Positions 33,537-43,404 of a stretch of 55,890 nucleotides of DNA are shown here, piece after piece (the stretch's first letter is position 1; the number at the start of each line of letters is the position of its first letter). The DNA comes from a virus. Its lineage: Duplodnaviria; Caudoviricetes. Location: the IMG/VR virus record IMGVR_UViG_3300030095_004334, positions 1 to 55,890 of that record; one strand, written 5' to 3'. Made by a program: the position numbers and the translations under genes. The notes under the pieces were generated by a model, which saw only the letters and a list, made by a program, of their open reading frames with translations, ran no database searches and had not been told where the DNA came from.

Positions 33537-35387
33537 TTATTTTATTTGACCCCAATTTTTTCCTTTCTCGTAGTCTACCTTATTGGGTACTTGTAGGTCA
33601 ACTGCTGCTTCCATAATTTCAATAATTTTTGACGCTTGCTTTGGATTTTGTACTGATATATCTAACTCATCATGTATCTGTATGTGTGGCACAATACCCT
33701 CTTTGTATAAAGCTAACATAGAAGTTTTTGTCATGTCTGCTGCACTACCTTGAATTAATTTATTTAAAGCTTTGTATGTAAATGCTCTTTTAATCCCCGG
33801 TCCGTACTCCCTTAATGCTTGTGCATGTGGTAGAGATTTATGTACACCAAACGTTGTAGGTTCCCATAGATCAAAGTGACATACACGACCTCCAATTGTT
33901 CTTATACGTCCACTATCTTGAGCTCTTCTCGATACACTATCCATGAGTTGTTTAACAAAAGGAGCGTTCTCATGATATTTTTTTATAAGTTTCTCAGCAG
34001 CTTCTACTTGTAATCCAAGTTCAGCCATGAGTTTATTCTTACCCATACCATACATTAAACCTAAATTAATTGTCTTAGCTTGTTTTCTTTCGATGTTAGC
34101 CATATCAGCTACAGCTTGGTGAAAGTCTGCGTTTGCATTTTTATAACTCTCTATGATAGTATCAACCGATCTAAAATTATCTAAGCTTGCGTAGTGTACT
34201 AATATTCTTGGTTCTTGTTGTGAGTAATCAAAGCAACCCCAATCACATTTTTCTTCTGGAATAAAGATAGATCGAATCATCGGTCCAAGATCCTTGTTCC
34301 TTGCCGGGACTTGCTGTAAGTTTGGATTACTGTAACTAAATCTTCCTGTTACTGTACCACCTTGATCAGAACGTATTTGATTGATGTCAGCATGAATTCT
34401 ACCTCGATGTTCATATCTAATAATTGTATCTATAAATGTCGTATGAGCCTTATTAAGTTCTCTTGCTTGTGTAATACTTTTGGCCAAAGGATGAGGATGT
34501 GTTGCTAGAAAGTTTTTTGTAAAGCTAGGATTACCTTTATCTGTTTTGTCATAAGGTAGTTTTACTTTATCAAATGCTTTTGCACAGCTTGCTGCTGCCC
34601 ATATTTCTACATCAAATCCTACTTGTTTTTTAATATCTTGTAGTGCTAGTTTTTCTTTTTTAATTAATTCTTCTTTTATGTCAGATGCTCTTTGCATATC
34701 AACACGAACACCTTTAAATTTCATATCAATCAAACAAGGAAACAAATCTGTTTCCAATGTAAAGACAGTCCAAAGATCTTGTGATGTAAGTTCTTGTTGT
34801 AATCGTTGCCAAAGTTTGAGTGTAAGTTCTGCATCTTTCTCTGCATAAGTTCCTACTTCCATGGCAGGTAATCTCCACATATCTTTCTTAGGATCTATGT
34901 TCCAATCTCTAGCTGCATCTTTTAAATTTGTTTCATTCTTACCAAACCCTACATACTCTTTACCCATAGAATCTAAGGTATAACTAAATCTATTTTCATT
35001 AATTAAGGACCCAGCAATCATTGTATCAATGATACGACCATTAATATTTAAACCCATGGCCTTTATCCAAGTCACATCATACATAGCGTTATGAAATATT
35101 TTGTTAGCGTTAGTGTTAAGGATATCCTGGAACCAATCTAAAACTATTCTTTTATCTAAATTACCACCACCCTCATGAGCAATAGGATAATATCCAGACC
35201 AACCGTCTACAGCCACAGCAATACCAACAACAAATCCTTTACCTGTAATAGCACCGGATCCAAGTATTGTTAAACTAGGATCACATGTTTCTAAATCAAT
35301 AGCTATCTCTTTAGCGTCAGATAAATCTTTTAATTCAGTTGGAGGTAACCACTCTGTTTGAGGTTTAAACAATAAAGGTATTTGCAT
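33537..35387 (-). CDS. polA: Family A DNA polymerase with 3'-5' exonuclease
   Basis: DLET, FHNAMYD, YAEKD, TGRFSYSNPNLQQ, DYSQQEPR, AKTINLGLMYG, HDEL. Confidence 0.96.
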   Translation of the reverse strand: MQIPLLFKPQTEWLPPTELKDLSDAKEIAIDLETCDPSLTILGSGAITGKGFVVGIAVAVDGWSGYYPIAHEGGGNLDKRIVLDWFQDILNTNANKIFHNAMYDVTWIKAMGLNINGRIIDTMIAGSLINENRFSYTLDSMGKEYVGFGKNETNLKDAARDWNIDPKKDMWRLPAMEVGTYAEKDAELTLKLWQRLQQELTSQDLWTVFTLETDLFPCLIDMKFKGVRVDMQRASDIKEELIKKEKLALQDIKKQVGFDVEIWAAASCAKAFDKVKLPYDKTDKGNPSFTKNFLATHPHPLAKSITQARELNKAHTTFIDTIIRYEHRGRIHADINQIRSDQGGTVTGRFSYSNPNLQQVPARNKDLGPMIRSIFIPEEKCDWGCFDYSQQEPRILVHYASLDNFRSVDTIIESYKNANADFHQAVADMANIERKQAKTINLGLMYGMGKNKLMAELGLQVEAAEKLIKKYHENAPFVKQLMDSVSRRAQDSGRIRTIGGRVCHFDLWEPTTFGVHKSLPHAQALREYGPGIKRAFTYKALNKLIQGSAADMTKTSMLALYKEGIVPHIQIHDELDISVQNPKQASKIIEIMEAAVDLQVPNKVDYEKGKNWGQIK

Positions 35388-35388
35388 A

Positions 35389-35568
35389 TTACTTATTATT
35401 TTTTTCTAATTCTTTTTTCCAGTGTTGAAGGTTAGCTTCTGATATATCTTTTACCAAATGTGGTAACCATGCAACATCTATCTCAGTTGGTTTTCCAACT
35501 TCGATATTCTTATATTCGTCCCTAGTTATACTATAGTATAATTTTCCGTCTTGATATACAATTCTCAT
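35389..35568 (-). CDS. 59-aa hypothetical protein (not in ORF track)
   Basis: MRIVYQDGKLYYSITRDEY...; fills the gap with overlap at the 5' end. Confidence 0.65.
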   Translation of the reverse strand: MRIVYQDGKLYYSITRDEYKNIEVGKPTEIDVAWLPHLVKDISEANLQHWKKELEKNNK

Positions 35569-36044
35569 AGTTTGTTAATTTCCCATCTATTTTTTATTTC
35601 TTTATAAATACTTTGACTTTTCCTTTTAATACCGTCTTTCTTTTCTTTGTGTGCCCAAGCTTTTGTAGAATCTTTTGTTTGACCTACAATACTCATTCCT
35701 ATTGCTTTACATGCACTAGCTTTTTCTCTTACCAAAGTATAAGTTATCATTTTTTTATAACCCATTGCTTCTGCAACTCTCCAAGACCTACCATATAAAA
35801 AACTATTTGTGTTTTTTGGTGCGTTATCTAAAACACATGAACGAAGTAATTCTATTGTTTTTTTATTATCAAGTGTAGCTGAGATAGGTCTACCACAAAT
35901 AGCAACACCAACTAAAATATCTTCATGTAAAACACCTATGGCAAATTTATAACCTTGAACTCTTTTATTATGAGAATGATGTTCATCAACAAAACTATTT
36001 GCTTCTCTAAAAGTTAAAGGTATTACAGAAAATATTTTACTCAT
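35565..36044 (-). CDS. XF1762/Mom-like GNAT protein (candidate DNA modification enzyme)
   Basis: EANxFVxxHH...GxKFxIG...VGVAIxGRP...ExxRxC...MGYxxxITYTL. Confidence 0.72.
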   Translation of the reverse strand: MSKIFSVIPLTFREANSFVDEHHSHNKRVQGYKFAIGVLHEDILVGVAICGRPISATLDNKKTIELLRSCVLDNAPKNTNSFLYGRSWRVAEAMGYKKMITYTLVREKASACKAIGMSIVGQTKDSTKAWAHKEKKDGIKRKSQSIYKEIKNRWEINKL

Positions 36045-37549
36045 AATATATATGCCTTCTCATAATTTCTTGGATCTACAATATGTAATTCTTTTCTTGG
36101 TCTAGTCACTGCAACATAAAACAATCTATGAAAGTCGTCTGGATTTTTTTCTTTATGTTTTACAGCTTTGATAGTTAAGTCCGACATAATTAAAACATTG
36201 TCAGCTTCACCACCTTTGGCTCCATGTATTGTTGATAATAATATTCTAGGTGTTCTATTTATTTTTTCACCGTTAGCTCTCATGTTTCTAATATAATTTT
36301 CTGTGACAGGATCTAATTTATCAAAAGCTTCAAACCAAACATTGTCAACTTGTAGGCCGTGATCTTTCATACAATCTTTTAAACTATATTTTTTATCACT
36401 CAACAAAGTTTTAGCGTCTCTATACCCCGGCATAATATTCTCACCTAGATAAGCATACATATTTTTTATCTCTAAGTGATTGAATTCACTACCTTTTCTC
36501 CATGCTTCCCAATTACTAATTGCTAGTAAAAGTCCTATGTCTACAGAATTTTTATTCTTGTGTTGATAGTACCAACCTTGTAATTCACATAACTCTTTTA
36601 CATCATTTAAAAAATGATGTGCTGTAGATAAAACTAACCACTCACCTTGAGACATATCTACTTGAGTTACATCAGAATAATATTTTAAAATACCTTGTTC
36701 TTCTTTTGACTTATATGATTTATCAAATCTATTTTCTACATTCTTAATTATTTTTTGTGATAGTTCATGTATGGGTCCACCAGGTATTCTATAAGATTGT
36801 TTTAATGTTTTAATTTCATCTACTTCATCTTTCAATGCAATAAAATGATCTATGTCAGCACCTGCCCATTTAAATATTGCTTGATCATCATCTCCTGCGA
36901 TATAAGTTTTCTCTGATTTTTGCCATATACTTCTAACCATTTTCCATTGTAATCTATTTAAATCTTGTGCTTCATCTATAAACAAAACTTTAAATGGTGG
37001 TGTATTACTTTCTTCAATAAATTCTTCTATAAGATCTGTAAAATCTTTCATACCATTTTCTTTTTTATATTTTTTTAATTCTTGATCTAACAAGATCAAT
37101 GTTCCTCGTTCCACGTCTGTAAGGTGTTGATTCATGTCGTATTCTTCTTCTAAAGAAATACCTTTAATCCTTGCTCGTTCTATAATTTTTAGTTCTTCAC
37201 AATCAGAATTAAATATACCGTCATCTTCTGAATAAGAGGTACCTTTAATAATCAAACCATTTTTCTTACCAAACTCTAGGTAATCTCTATTACTCATCAT
37301 TTGTTCTTTGCTTGTACCTAACAATCTAAATGCAAAAGAATGAAGAGTTCTAAAAAATTTTAAATCTTCTTTAGCATCTAAATTAAATTTGTTTGCAGCT
37401 CTAGATATCGCTTCATTGACAGCCTTTTTTGTAAAAGAAAAATATCCTATTTGTTTTGGTCGAATACCTTGTTGTATAAATTGATCAACTAAATCTAATA
37501 AAGTAGTTGTTTTTCCTGTACCGGGTGGACCAAGAATAATTGTTTTCAT
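36041..37549 (-). CDS. UvrD/Rep-like SF1 helicase
   Basis: GPPGTGKT, TLHS, IDEAQD, GDDDQAI, QSYR, TIHGAKGGE, YVAVTR. Confidence 0.93.
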   Translation of the reverse strand: MKTIILGPPGTGKTTTLLDLVDQFIQQGIRPKQIGYFSFTKKAVNEAISRAANKFNLDAKEDLKFFRTLHSFAFRLLGTSKEQMMSNRDYLEFGKKNGLIIKGTSYSEDDGIFNSDCEELKIIERARIKGISLEEEYDMNQHLTDVERGTLILLDQELKKYKKENGMKDFTDLIEEFIEESNTPPFKVLFIDEAQDLNRLQWKMVRSIWQKSEKTYIAGDDDQAIFKWAGADIDHFIALKDEVDEIKTLKQSYRIPGGPIHELSQKIIKNVENRFDKSYKSKEEQGILKYYSDVTQVDMSQGEWLVLSTAHHFLNDVKELCELQGWYYQHKNKNSVDIGLLLAISNWEAWRKGSEFNHLEIKNMYAYLGENIMPGYRDAKTLLSDKKYSLKDCMKDHGLQVDNVWFEAFDKLDPVTENYIRNMRANGEKINRTPRILLSTIHGAKGGEADNVLIMSDLTIKAVKHKEKNPDDFHRLFYVAVTRPRKELHIVDPRNYEKAYIL

Positions 37550-39063
37550 TAGTAATTTGTTTCTTTATATGGTCTATCACTTACTGTTTGCTTTATAACT
37601 TTTAAAGATTTTATTTTAGTTATTCTAGGATTGGTTCCTTTTATTTCTAAACTTCTAATCTCACCTTCATAACAAGATAACTCCATCATTAAATTTCCTG
37701 TCTTTGTTTTATCGAGTTCCCAATTATTTTTCTTTGACCAATTATAAAAATCATCCATTTTAAAATAAGTATAACCATCATCGGTCCATGGTGTTTTATT
37801 CAGTATATCTTCTTTTGTTCTTGCTTGTGCTCTGTTAACAGTAAACTCATACAATAAATTTTCTAATTGATTGACAGCACTTAAAGACTCCATAGGTTCT
37901 ATTTCTTGAATAGACTTCATTAGTTCTTTCAATAAAGTTCTCCAATCAGTTGACTTAGGTATAGGCACTATTAAACTTGCTTGAGCCATGCATGCTATAG
38001 AAAACATGTGAGCACTATGTAATTGTTCTGTTGTAAATTTTAATCTCTTTCCGTCCACATTTAAAAACCATTGTGGAGGGTCTGAAGTAATCTTTGTTAA
38101 ATCATTTAATGGTGGCATCTCTTCCTCATCAAAACCTACACCAAATTTTTTAAGTCTACATAAACTAGAATTACAAACAGAATTAATCGGAGCTTGCTTA
38201 CATCTATATTTATCATAACCTTTTTTACCTATTGATTTAAGAAGTTGTTGAACTTCACTAGATCTTAAAGGTGGATTCATGTAATTAATATTAGCGTCTT
38301 CAACTAAATCTTCCCACTTATCTGGTTCAGCCTGTTTGTAAAACATAGCTATGTTAAACAAAGCATTGTTTCTACCACCCTCACCAAAGCCCTCATTAGC
38401 TAATTTATTTAAACAAGGTGGTCCGTCTTTGAAGACTTCTTCTTGTTTTGGTTTTTCAACTTTGATTTCATCAATACCAATTTCTTCTTGAACATAAATA
38501 TCATAGAGCTCAAAAAATTCTTCAAGTGTAGCAGCGGTGCCATTATCGTTAAAAGCATATCTTAATCCCTTCATATGATTGTGGTAAGGTAGATTTAAAA
38601 AGTTTCCTGTATCACCACGTTCTACAAGAACCTCTGTTTGTTTAGGAAAGATTTCACAATCCATATAACCTAGTAGTTCAGCTATTTGTTTTAATTTAGA
38701 TTGCATGAGAGCTGCTGAGATAAATGTATTACAAAATAAAAATATATGTGCTCCCCCAGACTTTGATCTAAATAATATTAAAGGTAAGTTATTCTTTCTA
38801 ATAGTTTCAATTATTTTTTTATGGTCTAGGTTGTATTTGTCTACATCAATACAACCCCATTTACATTTGTTCTCTTCATTAATAGGTATAATACCTAGCG
38901 CAGGATCTTTACCGTCTAAATGATCTTGCCACAAATCATCTGTTACTTGTTTTCTTTTTATAAAAGCTTTACCGTCTTGTTTGTTACCGTTAGTAGCTTG
39001 TTCACCAATAACATATTGACCGTAAGCACTTTGCATGCCTTGAAATATTTCTTTAAATCTCAC
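37549..39063 (-). CDS. AEP primase-polymerase with PriCT-like domain (start refined to GTG 39063)
   Basis: IDVD, RSKSGGAH, EIFPKQ, GNFLNLPY, GGRNNALF; GTGA overlap with the upstream small ORF. Confidence 0.82.
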   Translation of the reverse strand: MRFKEIFQGMQSAYGQYVIGEQATNGNKQDGKAFIKRKQVTDDLWQDHLDGKDPALGIIPINEENKCKWGCIDVDKYNLDHKKIIETIRKNNLPLILFRSKSGGAHIFLFCNTFISAALMQSKLKQIAELLGYMDCEIFPKQTEVLVERGDTGNFLNLPYHNHMKGLRYAFNDNGTAATLEEFFELYDIYVQEEIGIDEIKVEKPKQEEVFKDGPPCLNKLANEGFGEGGRNNALFNIAMFYKQAEPDKWEDLVEDANINYMNPPLRSSEVQQLLKSIGKKGYDKYRCKQAPINSVCNSSLCRLKKFGVGFDEEEMPPLNDLTKITSDPPQWFLNVDGKRLKFTTEQLHSAHMFSIACMAQASLIVPIPKSTDWRTLLKELMKSIQEIEPMESLSAVNQLENLLYEFTVNRAQARTKEDILNKTPWTDDGYTYFKMDDFYNWSKKNNWELDKTKTGNLMMELSCYEGEIRSLEIKGTNPRITKIKSLKVIKQTVSDRPYKETNY

Positions 39064-39161
39064 GCTATTATCCAAAAAAATAAAAGTATAGGTCCCCAAA
39101 ACCATACAGTCCAAATTTGAAACTCGTATTTAAAAAAAATCTTTCTAAATTTATTTCTCAT
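39060..39161 (-). CDS. 33-aa Trp/Phe-rich membrane peptide (not in ORF track)
   Basis: MRNKFRKIFFKYEFQIWTVWFWGPILLFFWIIA; overlaps both neighbours. Confidence 0.6.
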   Translation of the reverse strand: MRNKFRKIFFKYEFQIWTVWFWGPILLFFWIIA

Positions 39162-39357
39162 CGCCTATATTTTCTACTGTTATTTTCCATATTGTTGGTG
39201 TGTAAGTTGCTTCTATTATTCTATCCTCTTTATCTTTTAATATATTCCATGATTGATAATCATCTTTTTGATCTAAATTTATTAGTTCGTCTGGATATAA
39301 TGGTGTTTTGTTTTCTCTTATTAGTTTTCCTTTATAAAATCTTTTTACTTTATACAT
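39151..39357 (-). CDS. Hypothetical protein
   Basis: AAGGA RBS downstream of the terminator. Confidence 0.6.
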   Translation of the reverse strand: MYKVKRFYKGKLIRENKTPLYPDELINLDQKDDYQSWNILKDKEDRIIEATYTPTIWKITVENIGDEK

Positions 39358-39371
39358 AAAATTTTCCTTGT

Positions 39372-39397
39372 AAAAAAAAGGGGGCCGAAGCCCCCTT
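39372..39397 (-). terminator. Rho-independent terminator
   Basis: GGGGG-CTTCGG-CCCCC followed by T8. Confidence 0.9.
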
Positions 39398-39402
39398 CTA
39401 GA

Positions 39403-40191
39403 TTAATAGTTAGCTGCTGACTTAGCTTTATCTTCTTCTTCACCATGACTAGTTTGCACATCACCTTTACTTATGCTCTCTGCAAAAGCTTTTGCTTGTT
39501 CATAGATCTCTTTATCTTGAACAGGACCCACTTTGGATATACTCCAACCAAACCAAGTTCCTTTATCATTTGATTGTGGTACTGTTTTAAGATTGTAGAT
39601 ATGACTAAAAGGTGGTGGTGTGAAATGTCCGTTAGAACCTTTTATCTTAATACTATTCATCATGGAGTTCCATGTTCTACTAGTTTTAAGTTGAGTAGAT
39701 TTCATAGTAATTAAGGCTGTCTCACCGGATCCGTCATCCTTAATTATAGTTACAAAATAAGATGCGGTGTTCTCTAAATAATTACCACTTGGTAATCTAT
39801 CTTTAAAAGTTGCGTCTCTTTTTGCAGTTCCTACAATAGGACTATTGACAGGATGTATTGCTACTGGTGCAGCAGTTCCTTCACCTCTATCGGTCCATTC
39901 AACGAATTCCCTTTTATAATAACAAGGTAATAAGTTGATACCTTTTTCACCATCGTAAAGTTCACTTGTAACAGTATTAAAGATCATACCTGCTTCGGCA
40001 CCTTCTACATACTTAGCATCACGCTTGTTACATTGTGGTGATAGTTGACCCAATATTCTTAAAAAGGGTAAGGCATAGTCATCAGATGACATATTATCAA
40101 ACCCACTTTGAGCGTCTTGCTCAAAGAAAGACATTGGTAATACTTCCGTCTTGCTTTTTTCAGCTATCTTGGTTTTCGTTTCGTCATTCAT
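39403..40191 (-). CDS. Putative single-stranded DNA-binding protein
   Basis: LPFLxIL, MKSTQxKxSxxWN, NDKGTWFGW; replication module; own terminator. Confidence 0.55.
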   Translation of the reverse strand: MNDETKTKIAEKSKTEVLPMSFFEQDAQSGFDNMSSDDYALPFLRILGQLSPQCNKRDAKYVEGAEAGMIFNTVTSELYDGEKGINLLPCYYKREFVEWTDRGEGTAAPVAIHPVNSPIVGTAKRDATFKDRLPSGNYLENTASYFVTIIKDDGSGETALITMKSTQLKTSRTWNSMMNSIKIKGSNGHFTPPPFSHIYNLKTVPQSNDKGTWFGWSISKVGPVQDKEIYEQAKAFAESISKGDVQTSHGEEEDKAKSAANY

Positions 40192-40205
40192 TTTTCGTTC
40201 TCCTA

Positions 40206-40769
40206 TTATTTCCGACTGATTTTAGTTTGATCTTTTACATATGTATGAAAAAGATCAGAGGGCATGTCGAGGCCGGCCTCAACACGCTCTCTATAAAGTG
40301 CTCTCAAAGTAGAACTCTCAACCTTACTAGATTGAGAAGGTTCTAAACCTTGATCCACTGCAGAACCAAAGAAATCTTTAGCTCTGTTATCCTCACCTTT
40401 ACCGAAATCTACACTAACACTGTTTTTAACAATATCACCTAGATCGTTTTGGCGAAGCCATTCATAGCATGCTTCTCTTTTATTTACGTCTTTGGGTAGA
40501 GTGCAGCTAAATATTTTTCTGATTTCAATTGCTGATCCATCAGATAATTTTATAGATGTAATACCTTGCTCTGCAAGTATATCTGGAATTATTTCAGAAC
40601 TTAATTTATCGTGTTGTTCTTTTAATTTTTTAATTAACTTTTCTTGTTCTTCAATCTCGCTTTCTAAAGATTGAAGTTTATAACATTGTTGAGACAAAAC
40701 ATCTAAATCAGTTTTTTCAATTATCTCTTGTTGGTCTTCTTCAAAGTTAATCTTATTAGTTTCGTTCAT
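40206..40769 (-). CDS. Conserved replication-module protein
   Basis: Coiled coil, LxDGSxI, WLRxNxxGDIxK, STLxA. Confidence 0.65.
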   Translation of the reverse strand: MNETNKINFEEDQQEIIEKTDLDVLSQQCYKLQSLESEIEEQEKLIKKLKEQHDKLSSEIIPDILAEQGITSIKLSDGSAIEIRKIFSCTLPKDVNKREACYEWLRQNDLGDIVKNSVSVDFGKGEDNRAKDFFGSAVDQGLEPSQSSKVESSTLRALYRERVEAGLDMPSDLFHTYVKDQTKISRK

Positions 40770-40800
40770 ATTGTACCTCTGTATTCTTTCTATAGGGTTA

Positions 40801-41217
40801 TTAGTCTATGGCTATGTTATCATCTTTCTGATACAAATCAATTGATAAGGGATAATATTTATACTCTCTTTTATCCCACTTCAATAAATTAAACATACCG
40901 TTAGTTGTTTCGCTGACTATGGCTGTGGATAATCCAATAATTGCCGGGTCACCTAAACATAGAATATAATCTTGCTTTCTAAAATCTCTTAAGTTTTTTC
41001 TCATCTTAAAAATAAAAGGTGAAGAACTAAAAACTATTTGAGATAACATTGGTAAACAAATAACTAATTGACCAAAATCGCTAGCACTTAATATATTCAT
41101 ATTAGTTGGTGGATGTTGTAAAACATACACAAAATTTTGTTCAGGTTGATTCTTTAATGTATCTAAGAACTTTCCTAAACTGTCTTTTTTGTATAATTCA
41201 AATACTTCTTTTCTCAT
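40801..41217 (-). CDS. Conserved hypothetical protein
   Basis: VYVxQ...AxxFG...DYILxxGDP...LKWD...Y. Confidence 0.7.
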   Translation of the reverse strand: MRKEVFELYKKDSLGKFLDTLKNQPEQNFVYVLQHPPTNMNILSASDFGQLVICLPMLSQIVFSSSPFIFKMRKNLRDFRKQDYILCLGDPAIIGLSTAIVSETTNGMFNLLKWDKREYKYYPLSIDLYQKDDNIAID

Positions 41218-41229
41218 TTGTTTTCTTTC

Positions 41230-41265
41230 TTGACATAAATATAATTATTCCTATATAAATTACAA
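41230..41265. promoter_or_regulatory. Overlapping divergent sigma70-like promoters
   Basis: Plus strand TTGACA-N18-TATAAA; minus strand TTGTAA-N16-TATATT; between divergent operons. Confidence 0.6.
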
Positions 41266-41286
41266 GTAAGAAAGAAGATAAAAGTT

Positions 41287-42732
41287 ATGATAGAACACTA
41301 TAAGTTTAAGACTAAGCCATATAGTCACCAATTAGATGCATTACAAGCGTCCTGGAATAAAAAAACATATGCTCTTTTTATGGAAATGGGCACCGGTAAA
41401 TCTAAAGTTTTAGTAGATAACATATCTATTCTATATGATAAAGGTGGTATTAAGACTGCTTTGATTGTAGCTCCTAAAGGTGTCTATAAAAATTGGCACG
41501 ATATAGAAATACCAGTTCATTTAGCTGAACATGTTGAATATACAAAAGTTTTATGGGAAGCAAACATCACTAAGAAAAAACAAAGTGAACTAGATACTTT
41601 ATTTGAAAATGATGGAAAATTAAAAATATTAATTATGAATGTGGAATCTTTTTCTACATTAAAAGGTGTTGCTTTTGCAGAAAAATTTCTGAATAATACT
41701 GTAGGACCTAGCCTAATAGGAATTGATGAGTCTACGACAATCAAAAATCCCACAGCTAAGCGAACAAAAAACATTTTGAAAATAGGGGAGTTAGCGAAAT
41801 ACCGTAGAATCTTAACAGGGTCTCCAGTTACCAAGTCACCACTTGACTTGTATTCTCAATGTAAATTTCTAGATGAGTATCATCTAGGTTATGGTTCTTA
41901 TTATTCTTTTAGAGCTCGATACGCTAATATGATTGAAAGAAATTTTGGTGGACGTAGAGTTCAATTGATATCTAGTTATAGAAGACTAGACGAACTAACA
42001 GGTATTATAGATAAATTTTCTTATCGAGTTCTTAAAAAAGATTGTCTTGATTTACCAGAAAAAACTTACACTAAAAGAATTGTAGATCTGACTGATGAAC
42101 AAATAAAAATGTACACAATGATGAAACAAACAGCCTTAGCTGAGTCTAAAGGTAAAATTACAAGTACTACAAATGCCATGACACAATTAATGAGAATGCA
42201 GCAAATAGTTTGTGGCCATGTGAAGATGGATGATGGGTCCATGGTTGAGGTAAAAAGTAATCGTATAAATGAATTGATGTCAGTTTTAGAAGAAGTGGAC
42301 GGAAAAGCGATTATTTGGGCAAATTACATCTATGACATAGAAAAGATAGTTGAAGCCTTAAAAAAAACCTACGGAGAGGACTCTACAGTAGCATACTATG
42401 GTGCAATTGATACAAACACACGCCAAAAAAATATTGCTCTGTATCAGTCTGAAAACAGCCCTGTAAGGTTTTTTGTTGGAAACACTCAAACCGGAGGGTA
42501 TGGAATCACTTTAACTGCTGCAAACACAGTAATTTACTATTCTAACAATTATGACTTAGAAAAAAGACTACAGTCAGAAGATAGAGCTCACAGAATTGGT
42601 CAAAAGAATGTTGTCACTTACATAGACTTGATGACAGAAAAAACTGTAGACGAAAAAATAGTAAAAGCTTTACGAAATAAAATTAGTATAGCTAATGAAA
42701 TCATGGGTGAGGAGTTAAAAGATTGGATATAG
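41287..42732 (+). CDS. SNF2-family (SF2) helicase
   Basis: MEMGTGKS, IDES, LTGSP, GYGITL, QSEDRAHRIGQ. Confidence 0.93.
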   Translation: MIEHYKFKTKPYSHQLDALQASWNKKTYALFMEMGTGKSKVLVDNISILYDKGGIKTALIVAPKGVYKNWHDIEIPVHLAEHVEYTKVLWEANITKKKQSELDTLFENDGKLKILIMNVESFSTLKGVAFAEKFLNNTVGPSLIGIDESTTIKNPTAKRTKNILKIGELAKYRRILTGSPVTKSPLDLYSQCKFLDEYHLGYGSYYSFRARYANMIERNFGGRRVQLISSYRRLDELTGIIDKFSYRVLKKDCLDLPEKTYTKRIVDLTDEQIKMYTMMKQTALAESKGKITSTTNAMTQLMRMQQIVCGHVKMDDGSMVEVKSNRINELMSVLEEVDGKAIIWANYIYDIEKIVEALKKTYGEDSTVAYYGAIDTNTRQKNIALYQSENSPVRFFVGNTQTGGYGITLTAANTVIYYSNNYDLEKRLQSEDRAHRIGQKNVVTYIDLMTEKTVDEKIVKALRNKISIANEIMGEELKDWI

Positions 42733-42923
42733 TAAATCAATTCTTTAATTGGTGCTGTCAAGTGTTAGTTGTTATAGGAGATTTCACAGGTTGGGGTTAC
42801 GAATTAGCTAATATTATTATATTTGTAATAATACAGCCAGGTTTGATTTTACTCTTTTTTTGTCTTTGGATCCGTGTTAAAATACTTAATGGCCACTACG
42901 GAAGAAAAACAAAACGTACTTAG
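42723..42923 (+). CDS. Small membrane protein
   Basis: GxxYExxNxxIFVIIxP; hydrophobic; GAGGAG RBS. Confidence 0.65.
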   Translation: MDIVNQFFNWCCQVLVVIGDFTGWGYELANIIIFVIIQPGLILLFFCLWIRVKILNGHYGRKTKRT

Positions 42924-43404
42924 AACTCTCTTTAATAAGATACCTCCTAACATGAGATTATTTGTTTCAGATCTAATGGGTAAAGATGAGTTAGTGACCA
43001 ATAAAAATTTTACAGATCCTCAATTAGATATCATGAAAGAAGCAGCAGCAAAAGCTATAGGAGAGGGAAAAGATTCTTTGAGCTATGGTGATTATCCTGA
43101 GGGTGAAATGAACTACAGTCAAAATTTTTTAGATAAAATGAAAGACCCAAACTTTCAAATGAGAACAACAATAGGTTCAGCAAATATTAAAATAAATGAT
43201 GAAGGAGATGTTATCTTAACTGATCAATTTAATTTTAATGATGCTAAAGATGTTAACAGCCTCAATGATTTAAAAAATGCTCTTATAGATATCTTTGGAG
43301 AAAAAGGCGCCTACAGAAAGTTAAGGGCAGTAGGCACATACTTTGGATCACCGGAAGGTGAAGGTGCTCCTATCGAACTTAATCTTGGAAAATTAGATAC
43401 TTAA
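42874..43404 (+). CDS. Hypothetical protein
   Basis: 176-aa ORF; likely start ATG near 42889. Confidence 0.7.
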   Translation: MLKYLMATTEEKQNVLRTLFNKIPPNMRLFVSDLMGKDELVTNKNFTDPQLDIMKEAAAKAIGEGKDSLSYGDYPEGEMNYSQNFLDKMKDPNFQMRTTIGSANIKINDEGDVILTDQFNFNDAKDVNSLNDLKNALIDIFGEKGAYRKLRAVGTYFGSPEGEGAPIELNLGKLDT

